A stretch of DNA of 62,172 bases, filler included, from Sphacelaria rigidula (taxonomy: Eukaryota): the NCBI GenBank assembly GCA_964200075.2. It is 6 parts of 6 records of this genome, joined end to end, with 100 filler letters (N's around TTAATTAATTAA, not from the genome) between each part and the next. Parts side by side here need not be neighbours in the genome. Positions count along the whole stretch, not along the records: positions 41,517 to 51,794 come from CAXNAA020006807.1; positions 51,895 to 62,172 come from CAXNAA020006808.1; 4 more parts are not named here. The stretch is one strand, 5' to 3'. Both the position numbers and the translations under genes were made by a program. Positions 48,250 to 61,599 of the stretch are shown in pieces. Below the pieces are notes generated by a model. It saw nothing but the letters and a program-made list of their open reading frames with translations. It did not search any database and had not been told where the DNA came from. How positions within the stretch are numbered: the stretch's first letter is position 1; each line of letters opens with the position of its first letter.

Positions 48250-51200
48250 AGAACCCACCACCTTCGCTGCTCCCGCCAGGCCTGGAACTTGATTTCGAAA
48301 CGCTTGCTCCACGTTAATGGTGTCTACGTGGAGCAGGGCGGCTTATTCCCCGACAAAGGCGTATCGGCTCTCACCTTGGGCCAACTGGTCGTCCGGATGA
48401 CTATCGGCGACTGCTCGGATCACCAGCGTTACGTGCGCACTGTCACCGATTGTTTTGCGGCGCTGCGCGCCGCTTACAACTCTGACCCCGGCGCCACCAT
48501 CGCCGATAATGACCAAGCTGAAGATGGGTGAACTCCCGCAAGTTCCAACTGCAGGGGACAGAAGAAGAACCACCGAAGGGATGACGACGACGATGATGGA
48601 GGAGGCTCACGCCGCCGCCATGGTGGTGGAGGATCCTCTTCGGGCGGCTGCGGACCGAACCGACCGGCTCGCAATACCCGCGGCCCACCTCGCAAGACAA
48701 CCGGATGTAATTCTTCCGGATCTTCCGCAATAGGCTGGCATCGGTCTGGTGCAGACCTGCCCCCCTCGGGTTCGGCGACACCAAGGCAAGTGATCCCTAA
48801 ATTAGCTGATGCTTCGGTTCGAATTTTAGGATTATCTGATACGGACACACCTGATCGTCCATTGTCTGCTACTGCAGCCCGCGCTTTAGCAACCGGTGCG
48901 GCTGACAAAGGACGTTCCGAAGCTAGTAAAAAAGCAGATTCCGATAGAGCCGAGTCTACCCGAGTAGCTGCAATACAGAGACAGTATATTCAGATGGACG
49001 TGAAAAAGCTTTGGCACATTAAAAACATGCCTGCTGCGGATAGCGAAGATTCGGGACAGTTTACTTCTTCCCTCATCATGTCCATCCGCCGCACTGTTTG
49101 TAACATCCTCCACTTGGCGGATGCAACTGGCACACAACGTTTCGAAGGTTCCGATTGGGTAGAGAGCTGACAGACTCCCTTGGATAAAGCATTGCATCGA
49201 TCCATCAGCCGCCGCTCTCCCGACATGGCTGCTTCTTTGACACAGATCCTCGACAGCTTCCTCGCCGAAGTGGATCCGGATCGTGTCAAGGGGAAGACAG
49301 GCCCGGTATTGCTCTCTGATTTGGAGAGGCGTTTAATAGGCTATTTTGACAAAAGTGACCAAGCCAGCGCCATCCAGAGGCTGAGTTCTTTTGTTGTCGC
49401 ATCGGATGTCCACTTCGCGGATTATCTCCGCGAATTCAACCTTTTGGTTTCTGGTACTACGGGTGTCGGACGACAAAACGGACCGAGCGATGCAACGTGT
49501 CAGACTCACGTTCGCAATGGCGTTGCTCAACAGTATCCGGCTCTGATGCCGTCGTTGTTTCCGGGTGTCTTGGCGCATCGCGAGGTGCCTTACGCCTTTG
49601 TTGATGCTATGTGGTCTGCTTTTGTATACCAAGAGGGTAATCTAACGCCCGCCATACGGGCAAATCTTCCACGTCTCTGTGTTCACAACCTACGGTTGTG
49701 TCCTCCGCTCATACCAAAGGGTCTCGCGGCAGGAATTCTAGCTCATCTCGCGCTTCATGGACCCCCGACTCGGTCGGCGGTTCAGATATGCATGTTCAGA
49801 GTATCAGAGATGCATTCAGCGCGAGTTTTGATGGCCGGCGGTTTTCCGAGGAAACTTGGGATGATGTGTTTTTGACTTCAACAACTAAATTCATTACCGA
49901 TGACCCCCATTTGTGGAACCCACCTCTTTCGCCTCCTGCTAGACGCAATGCCTTCAGCAGTCATTCCAACAGTTGCATCAACTGTAGTGTTCAAGGCCGC
50001 AGTGTGCGCGACTGCGACAGTCCATGCATCAATGCCTTTGATCTTATAAACCCTGAAATGCAGAACAATGAACCCGCGTGGCGCCGATGGCAAAAATGCA
50101 TGCGCGACTATCGCCCACCTAATCGAAATTCGTAACAACTCGAATCAACGAGGCAACAAAATCTCTAATCGCGATCGCCGACAAAACAATAATAATGCTA
50201 GCCCTCGCCAGAACGATAAAATTCTTGCGACGCCAAACGTTCCGCTGATAGACACCAGCGGACGGGACCGACACAAAGCTCGAATCTCAACACCAGAAAC
50301 CTTGGTACCTTCACTACGGATCGCATAGATCCATGACGTGCCGACGCCAGCGATCTTCGGTCTTCCGCGCTGACGACATCACGAGCAAAGACTTTCTCAC
50401 ACACAAGATTGTTCGCCCGGCTCCCCCGGCATTATCCAGGAGCGTAACTGACGGCCGTTCAAATCGACCCCCGTCTCCCACCTCCACACACTTTTCAACA
50501 CAGCCCGCAGAGCCCGCGACTAAGATTATTCGCCCGGCTCTCCCGGCACTATTCAGGAGCGCATCTGACGGCCGTTCATATCGACCCCCGTCTTCACCCC
50601 TCCACACACCGCGTAACAGTTGTGTCACCCCGCGACGCAGACCTACACCCGGCCTTGAACTTTGTCCTTCAGTGCCGAGTATAAGTCTGAAGTGTGGGAG
50701 GGCCAACCGCCAGTCCCTGAGGCAAAGGCTTCCCTCAACGACCGCTCGCACAGGTAGTAGCAAGCCTTCTTCAGCTGACCCAAGTGTTGCTGATTGGAAC
50801 TTGACCACATCGGATCATGTCATTCCCAATCAGTTGGATCGAGCTCCTTCCCCGCGATTCTCAACACACACGGACCTACCTTCGGCCGGTTCTACTAACA
50901 ACAGCCCCAACATATCTTCGGCTATGACCCACCAGCCAAGCTTGCCTGCGGAAAGCAGCCCACACGTTTCGCTCCGTCATGCCCCGATGCTGACCCCATC
51001 CACACAACTGGACGCAGTTGTGGTTTCATCCCGAAATGTTTTGGAACTTCCCCGACCTTTGTCACGGCGAAAGAGTAAGCCCCGTAATCATGCCCCCAAG
51101 GACGCGCGTGCATCATCACGTATACGTCTTTCCAGCGGAAATCCTCGACCTCAATCTCTCCAAAATGCAACGACTTTGAGTTCGACGGCTCTATCAAGTA

Positions 51201-51746
51201 CCCCGGAAGAAAGAAAATCTAATAATTCTGACGGCACTGCTTCCTCAATCGACGATCTCAGCCCCGCACAATCTGGGTCCCCACCCCTTGGACGGTGATC
51301 TCTTTCAACCAAAGACGATAATTTACGAAATCGCCAATTGTCACTCTGACCGTGCCACACCTGCAAAAAATATGCCGTCCACCCCCTTCTCTGGTGAGAA
51401 ATCTGACCCACCGGCAGATCACCCGCCGTGCGTTTTTCCTGTCAGCCCCGCTGATCCTGATCAATTTTCCTTGCCGGAACACGGTCCGGATCTTGTCGGC
51501 GGTAAAGTGTCTGTAGATCCGGCCACTTTCACTACACGCGTTGCGATCCATTCCGGCCCAAACGCAACCACGCCTACGAAGTGCGTATCCTTGTTGGACA
51601 GCGGAAGCCCGCAAACATTTATGCGAGAATCAACATGGAAACACATGAAACAGACTGCCGCTGCTACTGCAGCTTGCGAAACCACCACCCAGCCTCGAGT
51701 ATGGGGCGGTTTCGGTGATTCTACCGCACCACTGACGACACGTTAA
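48250..51746 (+). mobile_element. Gypsy second family: gag, long Ser/Pro-rich linker and protease; decayed and truncated
   Basis: Gag is homologous to 37560-39700 (MPAAD..DSGQ, TPL.KA.H.SI.RRSPD), with a degenerate knuckle CINCSVQGRSVRDC and protease VSLLDSGSPQTF. Confidence 0.85.
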
Positions 51747-51894
51747 TAAGTGATGCTACGGTAGGGGTACAGAAATAATTTCTGAGGTTAGAATNNNNNN
51801 NNNNNNNNNNNNNNNNNNNNNNNNNNNNNNNNNNNNNNTTAATTAATTAANNNNNNNNNNNNNNNNNNNNNNNNNNNNNNNNNNNNNNNNNNNN

Positions 51895-52250
51895 TGTGTT
51901 ATAGTAGGTTAGATAAAAGGAGGGTTAGCTTTTCTATTTCGTGTCCATGTCCCGGCTGTGTTATAGTAGGTTAGATAAAAAGGAGGGTTAGCTCCTCTAT
52001 TCTATGCCCATGTCCGGGCTGTGTTATAGTAGGGTAAATAAAAAGGAGGGTTAGCTTCTCTATTCCATGTCCATGTCCGGGCTGTGTTATGGTAGGGGTA
52101 AATAAAAAGGAGGATTAGCTTCTCTATTCCATGTCCATGTCCGGGCTGTGTTATGGTAGGTGAAATAAAAAGGGGGGTTAGCTTTTCTATTTCCTGTCCA
52201 TGTCCGGGCAGTTATAGTAGATTAAATAAGGTTAGCTGTTCTATTTCGTG
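51895..52250 (+). repeat. Minisatellite, ~63-bp unit, about 5.5 copies
   Basis: TGTGTTATAGTAGG.TA.ATAAAAAGGAGGGTTAGCTT.TCTATT.C.TGTCCATGTCCGGGC repeated from the contig edge. Confidence 0.95.
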
Positions 52251-55085
52251 ACAGTCTGTACATTTGTCTAGGTTTTGGTGGCTTGTTTCACAGCGCCGTT
52301 GCCACTCGACGCCAACCCACGAGTCTAGAGGTGAGGGGGGGGGGGCGGGAGGCGAGGGTGAAAAAAAAGTTCATATAAAAAGATCGAGGCCAGGTAAAAA
52401 TCAAGGTCAACTGAAAAAGAGAAGATGCCGGCGAGAGGGGTGTACGCATGATCATGCATGCCATAGTCATCAGACCATTGACCTCCCGAGAGGGGGGGGA
52501 TAAGCTACCTTTTTGCCTGATTTCGAGCCCTCCAAAAATATAACTGTTTTCTTGAAGAACGTATGTTCCCATTTTCCGGCTTCTATTTGCGGGGGGAAGG
52601 TTGAAAAATACTCCGATGTTCAAAGTTCCCAAGGCTCATCCTTAAAACGAAATCCATCCGCAACCTGTAGAATCCCGGGCGACTCGCTGCCCATTTGAAA
52701 CTGAAAAGGAATATATATGACGCTCGATGATCTCACTACAACAACGCTGAATAAAAACTGCAATGTACTCCACCGCGTAGTCGGTAGTCCGGGTACTGTA
52801 ATGCTGGAGGTGGGTCGGGGCGTGCGTTCTTCACACACCCCCCCGCACGATTGGGCTTTTTCAGTCAAACGTGAGAAGGCGACACACATATAACCCCAGA
52901 AGGTGGGGTGTAGCCCGTGCTTCGCGTTTGCATGATGGCTGTCGGTAGTCGTTACCGCAAAGGGGTTAAAAGCCATGGATGACAAGATTCTAAAAAAACT
53001 GAAAAATTGGCAAGGCTCAGGCTTGAGGGACAAGCGGGTGTCGGACCCTTCATTATTTTTCATCATAGAGACTCCACTGTAGCACTGGAGGACATATCCA
53101 GCGAGCTACTCCAAGCTGCGGGTGCGCCTTTCTCTTTCTCTGCACAGCCACATGTAGTGCGTATTTGTTGTGCTGAGATAGCAGAGAAACTCGGCCAATC
53201 GGGAAACTGCGTGCCACTCCACTCGGTTTGGTGAAGTCAAGCTGGGCCTGAGGAATTTCAGGAAAAATTTCCCCTCAAAGAAGAAAAAATTGACCAAAGT
53301 GGCAATAGCCACCGTGTGACGTCATCCAATTCAGAAAATCAAAATATTTCCGCTCCAAAGGGACACATGTGAAGGCATCAGCCGTCGACCAAGGAGCATC
53401 GGACAATCAGATTTCTCGAGCTGCTTTCGTTCGGCCAAATCAGAGAACTGCACGTCACTTTGCCCTCCTGTCTATGTCTACGGGATTGAAGGGCGCTTTT
53501 CACGTCCCTCGTCCATATCTACTCAGTCCATTATCAATTCATCACGCCGTCAATGGTGCCATATGACATCGCCGATGACGACATGGCAGCAGAACTCTAC
53601 ACGGTGAAATCACTACCACGAGGGTGGTGGGATGTTTCTTTCAACGCCCTGATAAAATTAGTTTCCCTCCGCGCACCACTGCTGCAGCGTCGCTCAGTCC
53701 TTTTCTACGACCCCAATACATGAACGGTAACCCCTCCGGACTCTCCCAACCAAACGAGCAGCGTGAGCTGCATCCGTTCAACATCCATTGGTTACTCCTC
53801 GCCTTCTAGTGTAACCTCGAAGCACTCCTACGCACACACTACAGTATTCGCGATGGCGCCAAGTCGTCTCCTCTGAGATTCCATATTTGGATCAACTCTC
53901 CGCTCAAGTCTCACCTAGCTCAAGGCACACTGACGGATCATCAACACACACCAGCACATCAGTATCCTAAATATTAAGCCTTCCCTACTGAAGTGACTTC
54001 AAGACTCCAATTCCCCAGGACAAAATCGGCTGTATCCACGGTTTCTTCTACTACCTAGAAATACTTCAAACAGACTTTACGCCCCCGACACACCGTGGGG
54101 GCAAGCAAAGGAAAAGCTCACAAATCAGCACATAAACCAGAGCCGTAATAGCCACACTTCTTCCAACGGTCAATCAGCTGCAGACAAGTACGAGTACAGA
54201 GACGCAAAGTCAACGCAACCTCTAACAACACTGAACCGGCCTGTTCGGTTACCCCCCCCCCCTCCCGCGCGCGCGCAACTTCAGATCACTCATACCATAC
54301 GGACTGCGGAAGTGCGCGCTGTTCATTGTTCACATTCTCTACTACGTGCAGCCTTCACTTGAAATCCAATCAAAACGAAGGAAGCCATCTATCAAAGCAA
54401 TACTTCATAACACCATCTCTCTCGACATTCCCACCCCACGCCCATGATCACTATCGCTCTTGTGCTGGTATTTACCTACTATACCAATGCCACCAAGGAA
54501 AAACCCGGTCCTCGGCTAAAAAACCTCGTGGAGGAAAAAGACCAATCCCCGGGAAACAAAAACCTTGGCGGCAGCGCCATGAACCGTAAATTAATCATTA
54601 CTCCATGACGAGAAAATGTAAAAAGAAAAAACGCACATTGACACGCGCTGACATATGCTGAACTCGCGCTTTGTGCCGTCGTACTCTCGTGCACAAGCGG
54701 CTCTTGTCGGCTGAAAACGCCTCCGCCAGCCACTTAGTATTTCATTATTTCACTTCGCTGCGCCATGTACGCGCCTTCTCTTCACCTCCACTATTTGACC
54801 CCAACCCTCACGACATGCGGGCACACCCGCTGTTCGAGAGCAGAGCGTAAACATGCAGCGGGCGAACCACCTCAACTAGCGACCGTTGTCGCTGTACGGA
54901 AGGACTGGGACGACACCCACCACATGTACACCGACTCCGAAAGTAGACGCCGACAATATCCCTATATGTACTAGCCCTGCTGCAGGCCTGTTGTGTGAGA
55001 AGCATCGGAAAACGGTACACTAGGAGATAGCTTTCACAGCTGGCTACGTTACAGGCAACAAGCTCTCACTGGCATAAGTCACACC

Positions 55086-55238
55086 TTACAGCATCACCCT
55101 CCACTGCAGATCATCCTGATCATAGTAGCCACCCCCACCCGCATAGTCGGGATACATGAGGTCCATCCCACCCCCCCCAAGCAAGCTCTGCTGCAGTACG
55201 GCCTCCATAAAGCCAGCCCTGTCTTCTCTTCCCTCCAC
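55086..55238 (-). CDS. MOV10: MOV10/SDE3-like RNA helicase, terminal exon
   Basis: cag|GTG GAG...ATG CTG TAA encodes [23 protein letters not shown]...DLQWRVML*, in phase 0. Confidence 0.75.
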   Translation of the reverse strand: MEGREDRAGFMEAVLQQSLLGGGGMDLMYPDYAGGGGYYDQDDLQWRVML

Positions 55239-55567
55239 CTGCGTAGTCCGCAAGGTATGCACATGACGGATGGTCAAGTAGCGGTCAGTGGAGCATGTTC
55301 AGTTCGACATAGTGCACGGTATACAGTCCGACAAAGCCAACCGAGAGTGACTTGATTGTACGTGGCTTATTGTGTCTGTGACTGCCCAGCATGACTCGCG
55401 AAACTAGACAAGTCGTGATCGTTTCTTCGTTGTTCTTTGCCGGTGAGCTTGAGTACTAGGGAGAATAATCCATGCACGGAATTAACGTGCCGTAAGCAGC
55501 ACAAGCGGTAGCATGAATCCACGCTCTAATACGCACTCCTAGAAAAGGGCAGATATAATCCTGTCAC

Positions 55568-55717
55568 CTGCAGAGCCGGACAGGCGCATCCTCTAATAGC
55601 GCCGTTGTCTCTGCAGAACAGCAGCAAGTCCTTCCAGTAGTCCTCGGTCACAAGCAGGTTAGGGTTACCTACCACCACTGCCAGAGCCTGCGCTCGCGTA
55701 AGAGCCACATTAAACTT
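55568..55717 (-). CDS. MOV10: MOV10/SDE3-like helicase, motif VI exon
   Basis: cag|AAG TTT...CTG CAG|gtgac encodes [50 protein letters not shown]. Confidence 0.92.
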
Positions 55718-56252
55718 CTGCTCAATATCCCAACATTCAAAGATAGCGCAAGGAGCGGCATAGCGGAACACAGTGAGAGACTGTCAAGCTCATCGATTTC
55801 GACGGTCACACAAACAGCCAAGGGAGGGCAGGCGAGCCCATCTTCAATCACACACATCAACCGGCGAGTAACGCCTTGAGTACGGGGGGGGGGGGTATGA
55901 TTCACATTTATGAAAGGACCAGAGCGAAGACACTAGGAGGCAGCACTTAGAGGAATATACTTCATCAACCGGGTGCCAATGTGTTGGACTTTTTGAACGG
56001 ACGCGCGCAAAAAGCACCGTAACTTTAGGCTCAAATGTACAAACCACTTGGCCTCGTCGTTCCCAGCCTACTCGCTACCCTCACACGCGACACTTCCAAT
56101 ACACCTTTCCCGCCGCACGCTGCCGCCCCTCCACCGACATCTCCTCCCGCCCCGTCACATGCAATGCAACCATCATCCCATGCACAAGGTATGTTGAAAA
56201 AATATAATATATGACCGACACAAGGTCGCGGTTGTGTAGAGGAGGTACGTGC

Positions 56253-56363
56253 CTTGGGGTCCCCGAGGAAGCCGATCTTGGCTTCTTTCTCCACGCGGTG
56301 CCTTCTGGACAGAGTGGTGCTCACGATAATCACCTTCTTCTCCCCTCCCTGGAAGTCTTCCAC
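56253..56363 (-). CDS. MOV10: MOV10/SDE3-like helicase, motif V exon (GC donor)
   Basis: aag|GTG GAA GAC TTC CAG...CCC AAG|gcacgt encodes [37 protein letters not shown]. Confidence 0.9.
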
Positions 56364-56779
56364 CTTTCAACAGGTGAGCGATAGGGACACGTGGCACAGC
56401 CGGGTTGCCAGCAAAGTGTAAAAAATACGGGTGTGACGGAAAACAGGTACAGCCCTCCTTGATTAGATTGATTATTTGATCTATTCGGTTGACTGATCGT
56501 CTCCCGTTAACATGAAAGAGTAACATACGAATCCAGCCGTGTGTCACAACAAACGTTTGTACTTGGGGGCAAAACATATCGCCATGCTGGTGCTGTGCCA
56601 CATGGCGCAGGCACCATGTGAATGAATGAATCATTGCAGACAGGGCAGCTCTGCAACACAACACTCAGTTTGGGAAACACTGAAAGGTGTCATAATCCCA
56701 TCCCGGTGCAGCGGTTTAACTGCACTCCAAGTACGCCTACTTCGAGAAAAACGTATCATCTTGGCGGGCAACAACTCAC

Positions 56780-56839
56780 CTGTCCAACGTTGATACCGCC
56801 CAGGCCGTTGTCACGCAGGAGCTTCCGGAGCTTCAGTAC
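56780..56839 (-). CDS. MOV10: MOV10/SDE3-like helicase exon
   Basis: cag|GTA CTG...GGA CAG|gtgag encodes VLKLRKLLRDNGLGGINVGQ. Confidence 0.88.
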
Positions 56840-57371
56840 CTGAAAAAAATTAAAAAAATGCCCCCGAAATGATTTAGCTCCACAACTACTACACAGGGTC
56901 CGCTTTTTGCTGCGCTTCAATCAGCAGAATTAACGTCGACCCGTGCGCAAGCACGGAGCGAGAAAACACCTCGATTTTGCGAGGGTCGCCTTCGATGGTG
57001 CTGCGTCGCTGTTTGACGGGCATGTGTATTTCCAGTGACTTTGCGCTCTTCACAAGCGAGTGGTGGAGCTGCATCATCTTGTCACTGAGCAAAACTCAAC
57101 ACTAGAGATAGATGCTGGGCAATTTCATCATTCGAGCGAGAGGAGCACCCGACTGCGAGTTCGTGCGATCGCACCGCAGACTATTTTGCACCATCACGGC
57201 CTTTTCACTTGTTGAAGTCAACTTTCCGAAACAAGCTAGCGAGATAAATCTACGGTACAACACTACTACATGGAACTTGACGTTGCCAATATTGAACAGA
57301 TGGAGAATATTGGACAGCAGTTCGGTAAGATCGACTTGAAGCGGGGAGAGTCTCAATGCATCAATTCATAC

Positions 57372-57461
57372 CTGCATGCGAAAAGCGCAGATGACGGCAA
57401 CGTCGCCTGTGTTGACCGAAACTTTCGAGCTGGACAGCAGGACTTGGATGATCTCCATCAC
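57372..57461 (-). CDS. MOV10: MOV10/SDE3-like helicase, motif IV exon
   Basis: tag|GTG ATG...ATG CAG|gtatg encodes [30 protein letters not shown]. Confidence 0.88.
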
Positions 57462-57473
57462 CTATGAAACACC

Positions 57474-57546
<73 letters not shown>
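57474..57546. repeat. (ATC)n microsatellite next to a splice acceptor
   Basis: About 24 perfect units, read directly. Confidence 0.97.
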
Positions 57547-58223
57547 GTTGCTACCTACATCAAGTCGACTGCGGAATGAGCGCCAGCTGGTACTACAAAT
57601 CCAGGATCGTTGGCGACTAGCATGAAACCCCCACTTGCGAAATTCGCAACACCAACCCAAACCACAAAATGGTCAATATCTCCCCAGCCAGAGCATGGTA
57701 CGTGAAAGTCGTCACGTCAAACTGCTTTTCACATCACACTCCCTCATCCCGACGACGACATTTACGAGACAGGAACGTGAGTAAACAAAGTAGGCGACTC
57801 GGTTTGTTTGACGTGAATTAATGCGGAGCAGGAGTGCTGACCAAATCCGCGAGACCAAAATACGAGGCGTGTACCGGGGAGAGATGGGCTGATCCCTTGA
57901 GACATGGCGCTCGTCCCGAGGAAGGGAAGGGATTCAAAGAGCGACAAATAGAATAAACAAATAAGAAAATAAATGAACTTACACAGACCATACTATCTAC
58001 GACAACCCTCTACATTCGGAGAGCTCCTGCGCATAGTATCCTTTCTGATGCGTGTTTCGTGGGAGGATGTAAAAATTGTCGCCGTCATTCTCGAAACTCG
58101 TTAAAGGACTCGTTAAAGGCAGCGGAGTACGCATCGATAAAACACACAAAATAAAGCGAAACACACTGAAAAGCAACGCCAGCACACCAAAATGTACATC
58201 AACTTGACTTCCTTCGTGTTCAC

Positions 58224-58283
58224 CTTGGAGCACTCGACAGGATTGAAGAACGACGGAGAGTCCACTGCGTTGCGGTCTCGGCC
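58224..58283 (-). CDS. MOV10: MOV10/SDE3-like helicase exon
   Basis: cag|GGC CGA...TCC AAG|gtgaa encodes GRDRNAVDSPSFFNPVECSK, with the family motif SPSFFNP.E. Confidence 0.9.
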
Positions 58284-58615
58284 CTGAGGGAACAACCCAA
58301 AAATAGCAAACGACCACGGAATGACAGGACACTGTCTTTGAAAAAAAGTCGCAACTGGTCACTAGTAGTTGTGGCGAGCTCTTACTGTGCATACGTGAAA
58401 CTTGACTCCGTGCTGTACCAGTCGTACCTTCCTCGGACGAGATGTGCTTGCTAGGATTTGGTTACACGTGGTACGATTTACCCTGTGGACCCATACTCGT
58501 GCCCACTCGCCACATAAGCGTGAATACAGGACGGGGATATTCATGACCACTAGAATTTTCGTTCCCCATCAACATCAGCATCAGCATCAACCCTAACATT
58601 AACATCGACATTAAC

Positions 58616-59029
58616 TAGAGCTCGGGAATGATATCAGTTATAACTGGCCATTATCATAATAATGGTAATAATGGTAATGGCTGTATTAAAAAATTGGATA
58701 CTGGTTCCAAACCATCATTTACCGTTACCGGCTTTATGAGCCATTACCGGCTAGGTATGCTACATACAGCCCTTGAAAATTGACCAAACTTGACGTATTT
58801 TTTAGCTCTAATGGAGCGAAATCGGGTAAAAACGTGCCTCCGGCACGGCGCCTCCAGCAGGGCCCTCCGGGGGCGTCTCCGGCAGGGCCCCCTCTGCCGG
58901 GGGGGCTTTTTGGCTCGCGGCTGCGCCGTTCGATGACCAAACCGTCATGTACCAGTAAACTCGTTAGTGAGTGCGCTACGCGTAACCATTCGACTGGTTA
59001 GTGGTTGGACAAACCATTTCCGACCTTTA
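58616..59029. mobile_element. hAT-like MITE with 8-bp TSD ACATTAAC, in a helicase intron
   Basis: TAGAGCTCGGGAATG and CATTTCCGACCTTTA are imperfect TIRs. ACATTAAC occurs at 58608-58615 and 59030-59037. Confidence 0.75.
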
Positions 59030-59989
59030 ACATTAACACTTACATTAACATCAACGTTAATCGTTAACTCATCCATTACGGATGTCGCCGGGAGCCCAAG
59101 ATACGTACATTGTACACGTACTAAAGTGAACAAGCGGGACCACTCGTTGAACAAACCTCGAGATGATTGTCTCCCATTAACATGACTATGAACATCAACA
59201 TCGGCTACAAGTGATCCCCTACTGTAGGAATGAATGAATCATAATCCAACCGTCGTCACGAGGTAGACGTAGACGTACCCAAGGTAAAAAAAAAAAACAC
59301 GGAAACACGCCCTGTCAAAACCTCAAGCAAAGGCGAAAACGAAAACAGAGAGAGAAACAAACACGGCAAACTGAAGCGAGGAACAGAAAAGCGACAAAAA
59401 ACACTCACAAACTCACACCCTGAAAAGACACGATAAAGGGGAAAAAGAGAAAGATGGGGACGGAAGGGAATGGAACGGAACGGAATGGAGTACAAGGATA
59501 AAAAATAAAAATAAAAATCACCGAAAAAACACGAAGGAACAGCAACGAAAACCAGCAGTATTAGGCTGACAGAGACGGCCAACGAAGAAAGATACCGGCA
59601 GCAACACCGACCCCCGCCAAAGTGACTCAAGACGGGGAGGAAAATGTTATGAATACAGCTACATCTTCAGAAAAAAAAGCCCTGGCATCATTACGGCGCC
59701 TTGTACTGTGTTATGCACAACACGTGATCCGTCGACCAAGTGATTCATCTTTGTACATAGGTTCATCAGATTTTTCCACACGTGGGACAGCTCATGAGCT
59801 ACCTGGATACTACTCCTTATTAGAGTACTGATCCGGATCATGAGCTAGCTCATGTGGCCACTATTTCCGAATTAGCCCCTGACAGCGATGGACGCCGAGC
59901 ACACCGTGTAGCGGGAACGTAACGCTTTGATTTCTCCGACCCTGCTGCCAAGTGCTGTGTGTTTTGTACGATGAATCTGACAGTTCTCT

Positions 59990-60520
59990 TCTATTAGTCA
60001 TTTCAAGTAGCTCATAGCCTATCCGACGTGTGGATCTTTCCATATATATCTGCACGGTCCGATGGAACACGCTGAAAAATTGAAGGAGCGATTTCGGGTG
60101 GGGGACCTGGAACTTGCCAGTAAGAAGGAGGTATACCAGTAGTCGGGTGGAGGAGCAAGAAGATGCATAGACTTGCCCCCGTGGCAAAGCCATAGAGAGC
60201 AGAACTCATACAGTGGCAAAATGTGAACTGTGCAAGGAGGAACGGGGAATGTTAGAGGGGGAGATGTGGGAAGTAAACGAAGATGGTACGAACGAGTTCG
60301 GTACATTGGACAGCAAGAAAACGATGACCATACTCGGAGATGGATGGTAGCCACAGACGGCGAAACAGGAGGGGAATAAGGTATGTAAAAGGTTTTTGTG
60401 TAGTGCATGAAAGAAACGTAATGAGCGCCGAAATATTGGAGATATCTCTACTAGGTATAGAAGGGTGATCTGCCTTGAAAGGGATGCATGGTCAACGGTC
60501 ACGTGAATGAGACAACGACA
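59990..60520 (+). mobile_element. LINE 3' fragment (family of 12813-13560), antisense within a helicase intron
   Basis: YLHGPMEHAEKLKERFRVGDLELA...CPRGKAIESRTHTVAKCELCKEER...LGDGW. Confidence 0.75.
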
Positions 60521-61043
60521 AGTGACCCCCCCCCCCACCCCCCCCTCAACCGTCGGATCACCCTGCCGCACTCTCAACTTTTCCACACCTTGGACATTAT
60601 ATGCTCAATAGTTGCAATAGACAAGAAACGTTCTACATAAAGTAAAGGTATATTGCGACTATCGTCGGCCGGCAATAGTCACAATAGGGCTATGCTTTAT
60701 GCAGCACACTCCTCGTCAATTGCATCTATTGACCATATAATGTCCAGTGTGTTAACTTTTCTCCCCAGAGTCCAACAAGGAAACTTACTAGCTCGAGAAA
60801 TCGAACCACAAAGATCTCACTACTCGCCAATGCGTGTGCTCTTGAATCCATGCCACAGGTCACTAGGTGCGGAACCCGCCGTCTGAATCGTCATTGCTAC
60901 AATATTACTCCCTCGACATATTTTACATCACATCAAGCCACACCATACAGAATCTGGGCTGGCCCAGCGGTTCGGTAGGTCAAGAGGTCGAAAGGGCTGA
61001 CAACCTCCACGCGCAATACCATGATTCCATGCCCACGATTCAC

Positions 61044-61224
61044 CTGTACACCGTAGAATATCATGGGGAAGGCCTTGGCCTCCGGCAGCTCCTCCCACTG
61101 CAGCATACTATCAGTCAGCGATGCTTCGGCACTCTTGAGAAGACTGCCCCCGTAAAACAGCACGCTGGGCAGCCTCAGTAGCACTTCGTGCGAACGGTAG
61201 TTGTTGAGCAGTTGCGTCATGCAT
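61044..61224 (-). CDS. MOV10: MOV10/SDE3-like helicase exon (NYRSH motif)
   Basis: cag|A TGC ATG...GTA CAG|gtgaa encodes [60 protein letters not shown]. Confidence 0.92.
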
Positions 61225-61513
61225 CTGCCATCAACGCCGCAAGAGAAGGAAAGAGGTGTCACTCGCCTTCGTCCTCAGTATTGGAGACAGCTTTCGTAGA
61301 CGACCAGGGACGCATGTTCGGGAGGCGCTACTGGCACACTGTGTTGGGCTGTGTTGGCCATTATATTTAGACAAATACGACGTCAAGCTAGGCGAAAAGA
61401 GCTGCGTACCCATCTTTACAGTACAAAGCTTGGCGCGACTACTTCACGTGTGTGATGATCTCGGATATTTTGAGTGCAGCATAACGCTCCACGTGTTGGA
61501 CCCGAAACCACAC

Positions 61514-61599
61514 CTTACACCGTTGCGTGCTCGCGTAGTTGACAGAGCCGTGTTCGCCCGTGCGTATTTGGCGTACATCTCTTGTCCCATCAGCCGCTC
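61514..61599 (-). CDS. MOV10: MOV10/SDE3-like helicase exon (ERL motif)
   Basis: cag|GAG CGG CTG ATG...GTA AG|gtgtg encodes ERLMGQEMYAKYARANTALSTTRARNGV(R). Its phase-2 end matches the next exon. Confidence 0.75.

Noticed and set aside
61262..61330. Extra helicase micro-exon
   Set aside because: It would leave an intron of about 40 nt, and the flanking exons already join in phase.
25913..61599. Kinase, EFL1 and helicase as a functional gene cluster
   Set aside because: They lie on three separate contigs joined only by artificial linkers.
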